From: Acidobacteriota bacterium
GTDB lineage: Bacteria > Acidobacteriota > UBA6911 > RPQK01 > CBDFMZ01
DNA length: 64,000 bases
Direction: 5' to 3'
Assembly: GCA_965249865.1 (NCBI GenBank)
Contig: CBDFMZ010000001.1
Location: 128,415 to 192,414, forward strand
Shown here: positions 31,369 through 42,730 of the stretch, in pieces
Numbering within the stretch: the first letter of the stretch is position 1
Layout of the letters: each line of letters starts with the position of its first letter
Made by a program: the position numbers and the translations under genes
The notes under the pieces: generated by a model
The model's database searches: none
What the model was told of the DNA's origin: nothing
What the model saw: the letters and a program-made list of their open reading frames with translations, nothing else

Positions 31369-32145
31369 TTAACTGGCGATAATCGAACCCACTTTCTTAC
31401 CCCGTATCACAGCGCAAATGTTTCCTTTTCCCCGAAGGTTAAAAACGATGATGGGGAGATGGTGATCCATGCACAGCGAAATGGCGGTGGCATCCATGAC
31501 CTTGAGCCCTTTTTTCAAGACGTCAAAATAGGTGAGCTTTTCTAAGATTATGGCATCTTTATTCTGGGAGGGATCGGAGTCATAAACACCATCCACTTTG
31601 GTCCCCTTCAAGATCACTTCAGCCTTAATCTCCATGGCCCTCAGGGCGGCGGCCGTGTCGGTGGAAAAATAGGGATTTCCAGTACCAGCCGCAAGGATAA
31701 CAACGCGCTTTTTCTCCAGGTGCCGTACTGCTCTGCGGCGTATAAAAGGTTCCGCGATTTCCGCCATGTGGATAGCACTCAACACACGAGTATGAATCCC
31801 GGTCTTCTCCAAGGCATTCTGAAGTGCCAGGGAATTAATCACGGTCGCCAGCATACCCATGTTATCACCGGTGGCGCGATCAAAACCGTCCTCACTCACA
31901 GTCACGCCGCGAATGATGTTTCCTCCTCCGACAACAATAGCAATCTCAACACCCAACCGATGAACTTCTTTGATTTGGTGGGTAATACTCTCCATCGAGG
32001 AGGGGTGAACCCCAAAACTCTCAAACCCCATGAGGGCCTCGCCACTGAGTTTTATGAGGACTCTTTTGTAACGGGGTTTCTCAAGTTCTGCAGACTTGGC
32101 GATAAGGTCTTTCCCTTCCTGAATCACACCTCTCACCATTTTCAC
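31369..32145 (-). CDS. pyrH: UMP kinase
   Basis: [13 protein letters not shown] amino-acid-kinase motif; 258 aa. Confidence 0.9.
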   Translation of the reverse strand: MKMVRGVIQEGKDLIAKSAELEKPRYKRVLIKLSGEALMGFESFGVHPSSMESITHQIKEVHRLGVEIAIVVGGGNIIRGVTVSEDGFDRATGDNMGMLATVINSLALQNALEKTGIHTRVLSAIHMAEIAEPFIRRRAVRHLEKKRVVILAAGTGNPYFSTDTAAALRAMEIKAEVILKGTKVDGVYDSDPSQNKDAIILEKLTYFDVLKKGLKVMDATAISLCMDHHLPIIVFNLRGKGNICAVIRGKKVGSIIAS

Positions 32146-32182
32146 CTCTTTCTATCTGGAAAGTCTACTGCTTCGGTGTTTC

Positions 32183-32779
32183 CTATTCGCCCACCTTGAA
32201 TCGTGCAAATCGGTTAACCGTAATGTTTTCTTTCATGGTGGAAATCTTAGACTTAATCAGTTCCTCGACTGTCAAATCGGTGTCCTTCACAAAAGCTTGC
32301 TCGTATAGACACACTTCAGAATAGTATTTGTCAATTCTGCCTTCAACTATTTTATCGACAATCTTCTCAGGCTTGCCGTCAGCCAAAGATTGCTTTCGAT
32401 AGATCGATTTTTCCTTCTCCAGCTCCTCCTTGGGAAGTTCTTCGCGGCGAAGATGAACCGGATTGGAGGCGGCAATATGCATGGCGATGTCTTGAACAAG
32501 ATCTTGAAATTCATCGGTTCGAGCAACGAAATCCGTTTCGCAGTTGACTTCGACTAAAACACCTAGTTTTCCCCCGGGATGAATGTATTGACCAACAATA
32601 CCTTCACGGGTAACACGTCCCGCCCTCTTAGCGGCTGCTGCCAAACCTAGTTCTCGCAAGATAGTAACGGCTCGATCCATATCGCCTGAACCCTCTTCGA
32701 GCGCTTTCTTACATTCCATGATTCCGGCACCAGTCTTTCCTCGCAGCACCTTAACTTGTTGTGCGCTGATAGCCATCAA
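32183..32779 (-). CDS. tsf: elongation factor Ts (short form)
   Basis: The N-terminus AISAQQVKVLRGKTGAGIMECKKALEE is the UBA-like motif of EF-Ts. Confidence 0.9.
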   Translation of the reverse strand: MMAISAQQVKVLRGKTGAGIMECKKALEEGSGDMDRAVTILRELGLAAAAKRAGRVTREGIVGQYIHPGGKLGVLVEVNCETDFVARTDEFQDLVQDIAMHIAASNPVHLRREELPKEELEKEKSIYRKQSLADGKPEKIVDKIVEGRIDKYYSEVCLYEQAFVKDTDLTVEELIKSKISTMKENITVNRFARFKVGE

Positions 32780-33182
32780 ACCTTCTCCTCTCTATGGGAT
32801 GGTTTCATAAATTTACCTGCCTGTCAGCCCCGCTCTTATTACTTGGGTTCAAGGGGTAAAGAAGGCGTCGATCATGAACAGGTGACCGACCTGCAACAGA
32901 AAGCACAACTACAAATAACACTCGCTCCCAGAAGCTTACCAGAGGGGTCAATCGGCCCACTGTATCTTACTCAGTGGCAGACTCCCAATCACCTCTCTTC
33001 GCTTCTCAACCTCACCTGCCGGGTGTCATCCGCAAGTGATTGATCAACGTCCGTAAACAAACCGGTGAGCTTCAGGGTTTAGACTTTGATCTTTTTCCCG
33101 CCCTCTTTGGGCTTAGGCGAGGTTACCTTGGCGGAGGCCCCAGTAGACCTTTCAGTGGTTTTTTCAGCGCTTTTTACCAACT

Positions 33183-34241
33183 TCACCTTGCGCTTAGTGG
33201 TGGCGGTTTTTTTCCGAGTGGTTTTTTTCTCCGCTGCAGCTTTTTCGGTTTCGCTTCTTTAGATTTTTCCTTTGTCTTGGGCTGAGTTTTCTCCTGAGGT
33301 GCGCTCACTTCCGCCTCTACCTGCTGGGTTACTGTCTCAGCCTCTGAGGTGGGCACCTTCTGGGTAGCCTTCTTTTCTTCAAATTTCCGGCTGGCCTCGG
33401 TTACTGGTGCAGTCTTTTCTTTCTCTGCAACCACCCGAGCAGCCCGTTCAGCCTCCTCTAGCCTCTCTTTCGCGGCTTCTTTGGCGGCCTTACGCAGAGC
33501 TATTTCTTTTTGAGCCTTCTCCTCAGCCTCCTTCGTTTGAGCTTCAACCTTCGCCTGGTAAACACCTCTACCCGCCAGAAAAGCGTCAGCAACGGTCGAA
33601 ACAAACAGTTTGACTGCTCTCAGAGCATCGTCGTTTCCCGGAATGACATAGTCGATCCCATCGGGATCGCAATTGGTATCCACAATGGCAATGATTGGAA
33701 CATTGAGCTTGATTGCCTCTTTGACCGCAATGGCTTCTTTGTTTGAATCTACGATAAACACGGCATTAGGAAGACGATCCATGTCTTTGATGCCGCGCAA
33801 GTTTTTCTCCAGCTTTTTCCGTTCTCGCTCGAGACGAGCCGCTTCTTTCTTGGAAAGCTTTTCATAGAAGCCATTGGCCCGCATGGAGTCGAGTTCTTTG
33901 TAGCGCTTAATACTTTTCTGAACGGTCGAAAAATTAGTCAGCAACCCACCCAACCACCTATTATTAATAAAGTACATGCTGCAGCGCTGGGCTTCATTCT
34001 CAACCGTCTCCTGCGCTTGCCTTTTGGTCCCAACAAATAGAATAGTCTTGCCCTGAGCCGCCAGATTCGTAACAAAATCGACCGCCTCTTTGAAGAGCCC
34101 AAGGGTCTTTTGCAGATCAATAACGTAGATACCGTTACGTTCTCCGAAAATATACTCCTTCATTTTCGGATTCCAGCGACGTTTCTGGTGACCAAAATGA
34201 ACCCCGGCCTCCAGCAATTGCTTTATTGAAATGACCGACAA
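33183..34241 (-). CDS. rpsB: 30S ribosomal protein S2 with ~100-aa K/E/A-rich C-terminal extension
   Basis: [27 protein letters not shown] is the canonical S2 N-terminus. It is 352 aa versus the usual ~250. The tail-coding region contains T7 homopolymers, so the exact C-terminus is uncertain. Confidence 0.9.
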   Translation of the reverse strand: MSVISIKQLLEAGVHFGHQKRRWNPKMKEYIFGERNGIYVIDLQKTLGLFKEAVDFVTNLAAQGKTILFVGTKRQAQETVENEAQRCSMYFINNRWLGGLLTNFSTVQKSIKRYKELDSMRANGFYEKLSKKEAARLERERKKLEKNLRGIKDMDRLPNAVFIVDSNKEAIAVKEAIKLNVPIIAIVDTNCDPDGIDYVIPGNDDALRAVKLFVSTVADAFLAGRGVYQAKVEAQTKEAEEKAQKEIALRKAAKEAAKERLEEAERAARVVAEKEKTAPVTEASRKFEEKKATQKVPTSEAETVTQQVEAEVSAPQEKTQPKTKEKSKEAKPKKLQRRKKPLGKKPPPLSAR

Positions 34242-34256
34242 ATAGTTCCCCCGTGT

Positions 34257-34649
34257 TTATCTCTTGGAAAACTGGAATCGTTTTCTAGCACCCTTTTGAC
34301 CATATTTCTTGCGTTCCTTGATACGCGGGTCCCGGGTAACAAAGCCGGCCTTTTTGATCTTCTGCCGCAGTTCCGGGTCGAACTCCAGCAAGGCACGGGA
34401 AACTCCCAACCGGACCGCTCCTGCCTGCCCTGAATAACCACCTCCATCCACATTGGCATAAACGTCGAACTTATCCAGGTTATCCGTCAACACTAGGGGT
34501 TGAGTCGCCACCATCCGTTGGGTCCGATTTGTAAAGTACTCCTGATAATCGACACGGTTGATCACGATCTGTCCCGTACCGGGCATCAGAAAAACGCGCG
34601 CCGTCGCCGATTTTCTCTTACCAGTCCCATAGTACTGTATTTTTTCCAA
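34257..34649 (-). CDS. rpsI: 30S ribosomal protein S9
   Basis: It has the [18 protein letters not shown]... and ...[12 protein letters not shown]-terminus. I place the start at TTG 34649, which has an AGGAGG 7 nt upstream. The listed ORF extends further 5'. Confidence 0.85.
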   Translation of the reverse strand: MEKIQYYGTGKRKSATARVFLMPGTGQIVINRVDYQEYFTNRTQRMVATQPLVLTDNLDKFDVYANVDGGGYSGQAGAVRLGVSRALLEFDPELRQKIKKAGFVTRDPRIKERKKYGQKGARKRFQFSKR

Positions 34650-34659
34650 AAGGATCCTC

Positions 34660-35088
34660 CTACAAAGACAGCGTCTCCGGTTTTTGGGCCTGATGCGGAT
34701 GCTCCGAGGTACCATAAACCTTTAATTTTTTTAACATCTTCACCCCCAGCTTGTTCTTGGGAAGCATCCCCTTCACCGCATTCTCTATGAGTCGCTCCGG
34801 ATACTTGATTAAGAGATCTTGAGCTTTGATTTTCTTGAGACCACCGGGATAACCGCTGTGGGAATAATAGATCTTCTGTTGCCATTTCTTCCCTGTGAGC
34901 TTGATTTTATGGGCATTAACAACGACCACAAAATCACCGACATCCAAAAAATCAGTGTATTCGGGCTTCTCCTTGCCCATTAGAACTGAAGCCAGCCGGG
35001 AAGCCAAACGACCTAGGACTTGATGTTCCGCGTCAACAACATACCATTTTTTATCTAAGGAATTCACGGACGGCAAATAAGTCTTCAT
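34660..35088 (-). CDS. rplM: 50S ribosomal protein L13
   Basis: [25 protein letters not shown] is the canonical L13 N-terminus. Confidence 0.9.
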   Translation of the reverse strand: MKTYLPSVNSLDKKWYVVDAEHQVLGRLASRLASVLMGKEKPEYTDFLDVGDFVVVVNAHKIKLTGKKWQQKIYYSHSGYPGGLKKIKAQDLLIKYPERLIENAVKGMLPKNKLGVKMLKKLKVYGTSEHPHQAQKPETLSL

Positions 35089-35413
35089 GGGAATCTCTTC
35101 ATCTCATCTTTTGAAAAGCGAACGTCAAAAATACAAAAAATCCAACAGGAGTGTCAAGCTGTTCACGTTGTGGGAATGCGCATCATCTGTTCGATACTCA
35201 CCTAGAGGCGAGACTGATAGGATTCATTGATGGGAAAAATCACTTGGCTATTTCACCAAAATGTTCACTTGATTTTCAGAATTTCCCTTTAGGGCCTGGT
35301 CCTTGAGTCTGATCACGAAATAAAAGCCTGGACGACTCCACTTCAGAAATCCCGCGCAATCGATAGTGGGGCTGGTAACGATATAATACGAAGAGGTAGA
35401 AAGAGAGGCTGGC

Positions 35414-36485
35414 TTGCACCACTTTAAAAACCGTTTTAAACACTTTCTTCACCGCCTGGAAACCAATCATCTCGATGGGTTCCTCGTGTTCCATCCTCCC
35501 AACCTGCGCTATCTATTTAATTTTACCGGTTCTACCGGACGGGCGTGTTGTTTTGGCCCAAAAACTTATCTCGTGGTCGATTCGCGTTATTTTTGAGCAG
35601 GCTAAAATTCAGGGTGTGAACTGTAAGCTTGTCCTGGCCGCCAGTTCATGGGAAGAACAATTTCGACAGTTACTCCATCGCCAGTATGGTCACACCCACT
35701 TAAGGCAAAGAATCGGCGTAGAGGCGAACCGCGTGCCGTACGATTTTATCTTGAGAGCGAAATCTTGGGAATTATCAGTCGAATGGACACCCGTCACTGA
35801 TCTCATTGAGGAACTTCGAATGATCAAAGAGCCGAGCGAAATTGACACCATCGAAAAGACTTTTCAGATCGCCCAAACGGCCTACACTCGCACCAGGGGA
35901 AAAATAGTTCCAGGTCTCACCGAGCTTGAAGTGGCGGGCATTCTGGAATATGAAATTCGCCGAGCCTGTGGTGAAGGGTTCCCATTTGAAACGATCGTCG
36001 CCTCAGGCCCGCGTTCGGCTCTTCCCCATGGAGTGGCAAGTGCCAAGGAGTTGCGAAAGGGGGAGTCAGTATTGATCGATTTTGGTACTAAATACCAAGG
36101 CTACAATAGTGACCTAACTCGGATTGAACTACTAGCGGGAGCGAAACCACTCGATATTGACCAAGTGGTCCGCGAGGCCCAGAAAAGGGCGTTAGAAAAA
36201 ATCAAGCCGGGAGTTCTTTCCTCGGAAATCAACGCAGCCGCCCGCCATTGGATCATCCGAAAGGGCTACGGCGATTACTTTGGCCACAGTGTAGGTCACG
36301 GGCTGGGACTAGAGGTTCACGAACTGCCGACAATATCCCCGCACAGACACCGGCTGATCGAAGCCGGTATGCTCTTTACTATCGAACCAGGGATCTACCA
36401 ACCCGGCAACCGCGGAGTTCGAGTCGAGGATGCGGTTGTGGTCACTGAAGATGGTTACCGATTGCTGTCAAATCCTCACTTGTAG
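35414..36485 (+). CDS. M24-family Xaa-Pro aminopeptidase/dipeptidase, with an apparent +1 frameshift at a T5 run (35590-35594)
   Basis: The N-terminal ORF (creatinase-N-like ...LVVDSRYF*) and the main ORF (...IFEQAKIQGV...GHGLGLEVHE metal-ligand motif) lie in different frames. They join seamlessly if one T is removed. Confidence 0.75.
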
Positions 36486-36906
36486 TTGACCTACTCGTCT
36501 GCACCGGCTCTCGCCCTTCAGCCTGGATTCCTATCTGAGCTTGTTCAGACACATATGAGACACCCTCGGCTAGTAGATGAAAGGGTTCTGGAAAGGGAGG
36601 ACCTTCCATGTTCATGTTTGGGTTGGTTGGCTTATTCAGGCGTTTGTGAGAGAACTATCCCCGTTGGAGGAAAAATAAGCTGGTCCAACAGAATTTTCCC
36701 ATTTTTCTCTCCACGGGAGGTTGGATCCTACAACATCTCCGGAGTCGGAGAGAGTTGCTGGAGGCACACCGGTCAGGGACTGACACCCAGTAGCCAACCC
36801 AGAGCACAATTTAGTAGGTTTTTGATGGGTTACGTCACCGAACAGGTGACAAAGTTCCTAGCAGAGACGCCGCCATATCGTATAATCTATTGCAAATCGA
36901 TACTGT

Positions 36907-36983
<77 letters not shown>

Positions 36984-37706
36984 CCTTTCCTTCTCTATAT
37001 CAATCGCGTATAGAAATCACGGGCAGTCTATGTCACAAGTTTCCACGGTGCTATTGTCAGTTTAGTAGGCCAAAATACAAGATTGCAACTACTTCAATAA
37101 GGCGGATAAGGTGAAGATATCTCATGGTCATTGTGTTACCGGTGACATGATTATGGGCGGGTGCGTGTCCTCGGCTGGAGACGGGTCGGCCGCGTTCTCC
37201 CAAGGCGTCGTCGTCAGCCGATCTTCCGGCCCGAGTGAGAAGGCTGCTGCGGAAGTCGATGAACTCTCCTTCCCTGCGAAAGCCTCCTGGGCAACCGTCG
37301 AAGCTGCAAGTCTCAGGTTCGTAAGTGCATGAATTAAGTCCTTGGTCATGATGACAGTGAACACTGGTAATCACAGGATGCGACACACTCACCAGGCGAG
37401 CATCTCGGATAGCAAAGTAGTGATGCTCGTTGAGCAAAGTTCAGGGGAAAGATTCCCAACAGCAGCACTGTCAAACCCACACCCCGGAGCAATCTAAATA
37501 CATCCCGATCACCTGGAGAGACCCTTTGCAAGCACCATATGATCTTCTCCCACCCTAGAAAACCACTTTTGGTTGCCAATGGTATTCTGGATGGAAAAAG
37601 AGGGTCAAGGAAGAAGTGGTCCAGTTCAAAGACAAGCGGATGCCCCAAATTACCATCAAACTTGGCTCGCTCTTTTGTTCTTTTGCTCTTTATAATAAAC
37701 GGGTTG

Positions 37707-38942
37707 ATGAAAACCACCACCATGACAATCGATGAACAGTTAGCCTATCTTCTGAAAGGCTCGGCTGAAGTCATCGACAAAAAAGAACTGCGTAGAAAAC
37801 TGGAGAAATCCCAGCAAACCGGTAAGCCTTTGACCGTAAAGGTCGGTTTCGATCCTACCGCGCCTGATCTTCACCTCGGCCACACTGTGTTGCTTCGCAA
37901 GATGAAACATTTCCAAGACCTCGGCCACCGAGTGATTTTTCTTATTGGAGACTTTACGAGCATGATCGGCGATCCGACCGGGCGCACCAAAACTCGCCCC
38001 CCACTGACGCAAGAGGAGATTAGACGTAACGCCGAAACCTATAAAAATCAGGTATTCAAAATTCTCCACTCGGACAAAACTGTTATCGATTTCAACAGCC
38101 GTTGGCTGGCCTCCTTATCTTCGCAAGACTGGATACGGCTTTGCGCTAAGTACACCGTGGCACGAATGCTGGAAAGGGATGATTTTTCCAGACGCATGGC
38201 TCACAACCAGCCTGTTTCAATTCACGAATTTTTGTATCCTCTTGCTCAAGCTTATGACAGCGTCGTTCTGGAGGCTGACTGCGAACTGGGTGGTACGGAT
38301 CAAAAGTTTAATTTGCTGGTTGGTCGGGATATCCAGCGCGAGTTCGGACAGAAACCTCAGGTTTTACTAATGACTCCTTTACTGGAGGGACTTGACGGTG
38401 TCAGAAAAATGAGCAAATCACTGGACAATCATGTCGGAATTGAGGAACTACCAGAACAGATGTACGGAAAACTGATGTCGATCAGCGACGAACTGATGTG
38501 GCGTTACTTCGAGCTTCTCACCGACTCGCCTCACCAGGAAATATCCCGACTCAAAAGAGAGGTTGAGACAAATAAGCGCCATCCTATGACGGTCAAGAAG
38601 GATCTCGCTTTCCGAATTACTCATGACTTCCATTCGAAAAGAGCTGCTCAGGAAGCCCGCGACCATTTTCAGAGAGTGTTCCAGCAGCGAGAAGAACCAG
38701 AGAAAATGCCCTCTCAGACCTACTCCTTAGCAGGACGGGCGTCGGTCCGAGTCTCTAATTTGATTTTCTCTCTGGGAATGACTAACTCCCATGCTGAAGC
38801 ACGCCGTTTGATCCGGCAAGGGGGTGTTTCCGTTAATGGGCAAAAGATTGAAGACCCAGGGTATCCTTTGGAACCAACCGACAAGCCTTCCCGTTTGCGT
38901 GTCGGCAAGCTCAACTTCTGTGAGGTCACAATTGTGTCTTGA
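37707..38942 (+). CDS. tyrS: tyrosine--tRNA ligase
   Basis: It has the HLGH (HIGH-class) motif in KVGFDPTAPDLHLGHTV and the KMSKS motif (KMSKSLDNHV), plus a C-terminal S4-like domain. An alternative ATG lies at 37722. The listed ORF extends upstream to 37539. Confidence 0.88.
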   Translation: MKTTTMTIDEQLAYLLKGSAEVIDKKELRRKLEKSQQTGKPLTVKVGFDPTAPDLHLGHTVLLRKMKHFQDLGHRVIFLIGDFTSMIGDPTGRTKTRPPLTQEEIRRNAETYKNQVFKILHSDKTVIDFNSRWLASLSSQDWIRLCAKYTVARMLERDDFSRRMAHNQPVSIHEFLYPLAQAYDSVVLEADCELGGTDQKFNLLVGRDIQREFGQKPQVLLMTPLLEGLDGVRKMSKSLDNHVGIEELPEQMYGKLMSISDELMWRYFELLTDSPHQEISRLKREVETNKRHPMTVKKDLAFRITHDFHSKRAAQEARDHFQRVFQQREEPEKMPSQTYSLAGRASVRVSNLIFSLGMTNSHAEARRLIRQGGVSVNGQKIEDPGYPLEPTDKPSRLRVGKLNFCEVTIVS

Positions 38943-38979
38943 GACGTGAGATCTTAGTCCCGAACATTCATGCCTTTTC

Positions 38980-40059
38980 GTGTATGGGACTGCCGAGCAA
39001 AGTGAGCAGGATTGGCCTATGACTGATGACGTTATTTGCGTCGGGTTTGTGGGCGCAGGAGCAAACACGAGGCTTCACCACCTCCCTGGGTTCAAGGCGG
39101 TTGAAGGTGTGGATCTAGTCAGCGTCTGTAATCTCAGCCGTGAGTCGGGGCAGCGGGTGGCCGGCGAATTCCAGATTCCCAAGGTGTACGATAGCTGGAT
39201 CGACTTGATTGAAGCGCCAAACACCAACGCCATCTGTGTCGGGACATGGCCCTATATGCACTGTACCCTGGTACTGGAAGCGCTAAAAAACGACAAACAC
39301 GTCTTGACGGAAGCCCGCATGGCAAGTAGTGCGGAAGAAGCTCACCTGATGTTGCAGGCGTCCCGTATGAAGCCGGGTCTGGTCACGCAAATTGTCCCAA
39401 ACCCACTCACCCTGAAAGTGGATAATACCATCACGGAACTAGTTGCTAATGGGTATCTAGGGGATGTCCTTTCTGTCGACATGATCTTGTGTCAAGGGAA
39501 CTTTATTGATTACGAGAGTAGTTTTCACTGGCGGCACGACCGTGATTTGAGCGGTTATAACATTATGCACGTTGGGATCTGGTATGAAGCGTTGATGCGG
39601 TGGATTGGACCTGCAGCTAGCGTCACCTCCCTAACCACGGTCAACGTCAAGGCAAGAAAAGACCCCAGTGGTCACCGCCGTGTCATTACCATCCCGGACC
39701 ATGTCGAAATTCTGTGTGAGATGGCTTCAGGTCCAATAGCCCATATGCGGTTTAGTACCGTTACCGGTCTAGCTCCACCCGACCAGGTCTGGATTTTTGG
39801 CACGCAAGGCACTCTCCGGCTGGATGCATCCACCGTAAGACTCTTTGGTGGCCGTCGAGGTGATGACCAGCTTTCCGAGATCGAGATCCCGAGCGAAAAA
39901 CAGGGCCGTTGGCGAGTAGAAGAGGAGTTCTGCAACGCCATTCGCCACGTAGAGCCGGTGACTCATACCAGCTTTGAGGTTGGCGTCCAATATATGGAGT
40001 TCACCGAAGCAGTGACTCTAAGTGCGCAATCTTCCAAAAAGATTTATCTTCCACTGTGA
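38980..40059 (+). CDS. Gfo/Idh/MocA-family NAD(P)-dependent oxidoreductase
   Basis: The N-terminal Rossmann motif ICVGFVGAGANTRLHHLPGF; 359 aa. Confidence 0.8.
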   Translation: MYGTAEQSEQDWPMTDDVICVGFVGAGANTRLHHLPGFKAVEGVDLVSVCNLSRESGQRVAGEFQIPKVYDSWIDLIEAPNTNAICVGTWPYMHCTLVLEALKNDKHVLTEARMASSAEEAHLMLQASRMKPGLVTQIVPNPLTLKVDNTITELVANGYLGDVLSVDMILCQGNFIDYESSFHWRHDRDLSGYNIMHVGIWYEALMRWIGPAASVTSLTTVNVKARKDPSGHRRVITIPDHVEILCEMASGPIAHMRFSTVTGLAPPDQVWIFGTQGTLRLDASTVRLFGGRRGDDQLSEIEIPSEKQGRWRVEEEFCNAIRHVEPVTHTSFEVGVQYMEFTEAVTLSAQSSKKIYLPL

Positions 40060-40149
40060 AATACACTAGCAACTGGTGGTAAAACTTCTGTGGGCCCGGA
40101 TCCAAGAAACGCCTTCCTGCCGATGTTCCCTTTCCAGAGCTTTCCAAAT

Positions 40150-41544
40150 TCAACTCCCGACGCAGATCAGGTGCTGGTCAGTTCGGAAATACCAACACCC
40201 GTCAACCAGGGCCGGTGAAGCGATTGTACGAGCGTGGAGCCGGTTGACGTGGAGCAGTTTAAATTCCGGTCCGGCTTTTAAAACGAAACTTTCCCCTCGG
40301 TCATTCATAAAAAACACTTTACCCTCCACTCCCACAGGGGAAGCCGAAAATCCTTCCCTCTGCGCTTCACACATTCGCCCCTGCCACATTAGTTTTCCCG
40401 TCTTTGCCTCATAACAGGTGGCGATACTGAGCATATCGTTCACCATATATAAATAGTCGCCATACAACAGAGGGGAGGGTACGAAGGGAGAACCCTTGGA
40501 ACTTTTCCACACCACATGGGTTTCAGTCACATCACCAGCACCACCTGGTTGAATGGCCAGTGTCGGCCCTGAACGCCCGGAAGAACAGAAAAGGAGGTCA
40601 TGGCCAACCACAGGTGTGGGAATGACCTCAAACAGGTTACCGCCGCAGCTCCACAACTCCTCTCCGCTATTGGGATCGTATGCGTAGACCCGTTTCTGGC
40701 TGCTGACAATGATCTCATCACGCTCTCCAGCTCGAATGGCGATCGGGGAACCCCATCCAGTACTTTCCTTTCTATCCTTCCACCAAATCGTCCTGCCAGT
40801 GTACTTGTCGAAGGCCGCCACGAAGGATGTAGCGATTTGGCTACCCCGATAATCTTGATAAATGATTACTCGGTCCCTGTAGAGCAGAGGAGAACAAGTT
40901 GTACCGTGATAGGCCTTCATCTCGGCAAACGGACGATGCCAGATCAGATTGCCATTGTAGTCTACGGCCATCAGTCCATGATTTCCGAAGTAGGCGTATA
41001 CTTTTTCTCCGTCCGTTGCCGAGGTTCCTGATGCAGCGCCGTTCTTAGAGTGGGCCTTTTCCGGAATGGCATTCGGAGCAAAACACTCCCACAACAGCTC
41101 TCCGTCAGATCTCCGAAAGCTCAGGACCGAACGGCGTTCCCCATTCTGGTAGGCTGTTGTCAGAAAGACCTTGTCTCCCCAGATTATTGGAGACGAATTG
41201 CCTCGACCTGGAACTTCAACTTTCCAGAGCACATTTTCACTATCCGACCATTTGTCCGGATAGCCACTTCCCTTTACCAACCCTTGCCGCCCAGGCCCTC
41301 GCCAAAACGGCCAGTAATCATTTGCCTCTCCCTCCGGAACGACCATCTCCACAGGAATAGCCGCTCCCGGTACAACCGCGGAGCTGCTAACAGTTGGTCC
41401 GAGTAAATAGATCGAACCTACAAGCAGACCGACACCCAGCAGAAAGCAATCGCGCCCAAACCAGTAAAGACTTTTTCGACGAAATTGGTCAGGAATAAAG
41501 CTCCCAATAAATATCAAACTCGAGACGAGCCATTCGTAAGCCAT
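40150..41544 (-). CDS. membrane-anchored PQQ-like beta-propeller repeat protein
   Basis: It has an N-terminal TM segment and repeated W/G-rich PQQ-like blades (...SSPIIWGDKVFLTTA...). Confidence 0.65.
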   Translation of the reverse strand: MAYEWLVSSLIFIGSFIPDQFRRKSLYWFGRDCFLLGVGLLVGSIYLLGPTVSSSAVVPGAAIPVEMVVPEGEANDYWPFWRGPGRQGLVKGSGYPDKWSDSENVLWKVEVPGRGNSSPIIWGDKVFLTTAYQNGERRSVLSFRRSDGELLWECFAPNAIPEKAHSKNGAASGTSATDGEKVYAYFGNHGLMAVDYNGNLIWHRPFAEMKAYHGTTCSPLLYRDRVIIYQDYRGSQIATSFVAAFDKYTGRTIWWKDRKESTGWGSPIAIRAGERDEIIVSSQKRVYAYDPNSGEELWSCGGNLFEVIPTPVVGHDLLFCSSGRSGPTLAIQPGGAGDVTETHVVWKSSKGSPFVPSPLLYGDYLYMVNDMLSIATCYEAKTGKLMWQGRMCEAQREGFSASPVGVEGKVFFMNDRGESFVLKAGPEFKLLHVNRLHARTIASPALVDGCWYFRTDQHLICVGS

Positions 41545-42548
41545 ATATTCATCTACCCCTTAGACTAAAATTTTCAATCCTCTCCTTTGGACCAGCCAAT
41601 TTGAAATCGATGAACCGGTTGACACACCAGGCCATTCGTGCCCCCACGGAGTAACCTTCTAGAATTTCTTTGAGATTTCCACCATGACGATTGAACCTAT
41701 TTGGTCTGCCTTCTTGTTTTCGTACTTCGGAGATGAGAATTCTGATTCAGTAAGAAAAATCCCATTCAAGCATATGCTGCTCTCGCTCTGAAATTCTAAA
41801 CAGAACTGATCCTCGAAATCGAACCAAACTTGAAGGTCCTGACGAAATTGATGACTATCCCTGATTTCTCCTCGGATTCCTCTCTAGTACATAACCAGAC
41901 TGGTGAATAATTCGGGAACAGAGATGAATAAACTTCAAACGACGTTTTTTCTCTGGATCGATCTCTTACTCTCAGTATAGCAATAGTTCAAACAGGGAGT
42001 AGGACACAATGATCCGATCTGCTTGGCAGTTGTCGGGGAGACTAATATACTTCTTGCAAGCCTCACTGAAACTGAGTCTCATCATCAGCTCCAGATTTGA
42101 AATTGCATCTCTTATCGTATCCGCGAGGTGAACTCCATGAAGCACGACTTATCACAAAATCAGCGATATGATGCATATCTTCAGGACCCGTCGAATACTG
42201 GTACCCGCAGCTGTTCTGAGCACACTGGCGTTGGTAATGATCAGCATCATCGACCGGCAAGCCTCCGCCCGGCATTACAGATGCCACAAGGCAGCGCTCT
42301 CGAGTCACCGTCAGGGCAGGAAGAACACAACCTCATAAACAGGCTGCCAAGGATCGTTCCGACGTGCTCTGCAAGGATTTTCACACCTAGACCTATCTGC
42401 GAATACAACACCCGGGGGCTGTTCTGTAGATGACTCACAACATTCGGTTCGAAGAGGTGGAAAAGTAGATTTCCTATTTCCGTCGACATGGGGTGGAAGT
42501 GACAGGGAGACTAATTTACAGAACCCCATGGTGTAGTGTGCCCAAGAA

Positions 42549-42698
42549 ATGGGGATCGATCTGATCGTCATTGGCAGCCATGGAATATGGAGACAAGGAG
42601 GCAGACTTTTAGTAGGGACCACTTCGCACAAAGCCATGCTGACTTCGGAAGTTCCCGTTTTGATCACCAGATCCAACTTCGAAGAAACTGATGCTTGA
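42549..42698 (+). pseudogene. C-terminal remnant of a universal stress protein (UspA-family) gene
   Basis: A 49-aa ORF, MGIDLIVIGSHGIWRQGGRLLVGTTSHKAMLTSEVPVLITR, matches the USP C-terminus (DLIVMGSHGRGG..GSV...PVLVV). No intact N-terminal domain is found in the 1.2-kb ORF-poor region 41545-42730. Confidence 0.5.
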
Positions 42699-42730
42699 CA
42701 GATTGGAGTTCTTCGCAACTCCCACAGCAC

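Noticed and set aside
37057-37437. 126-aa minus-strand ORF and 73-aa plus-strand ORF (37111..37332) in the tRNA-Ile/tyrS spacer
   Set aside because: They overlap each other, have odd composition (Gly/Ser/Ala/His-rich), and lack an RBS or motifs. I keep them only as part of the spacer observation.
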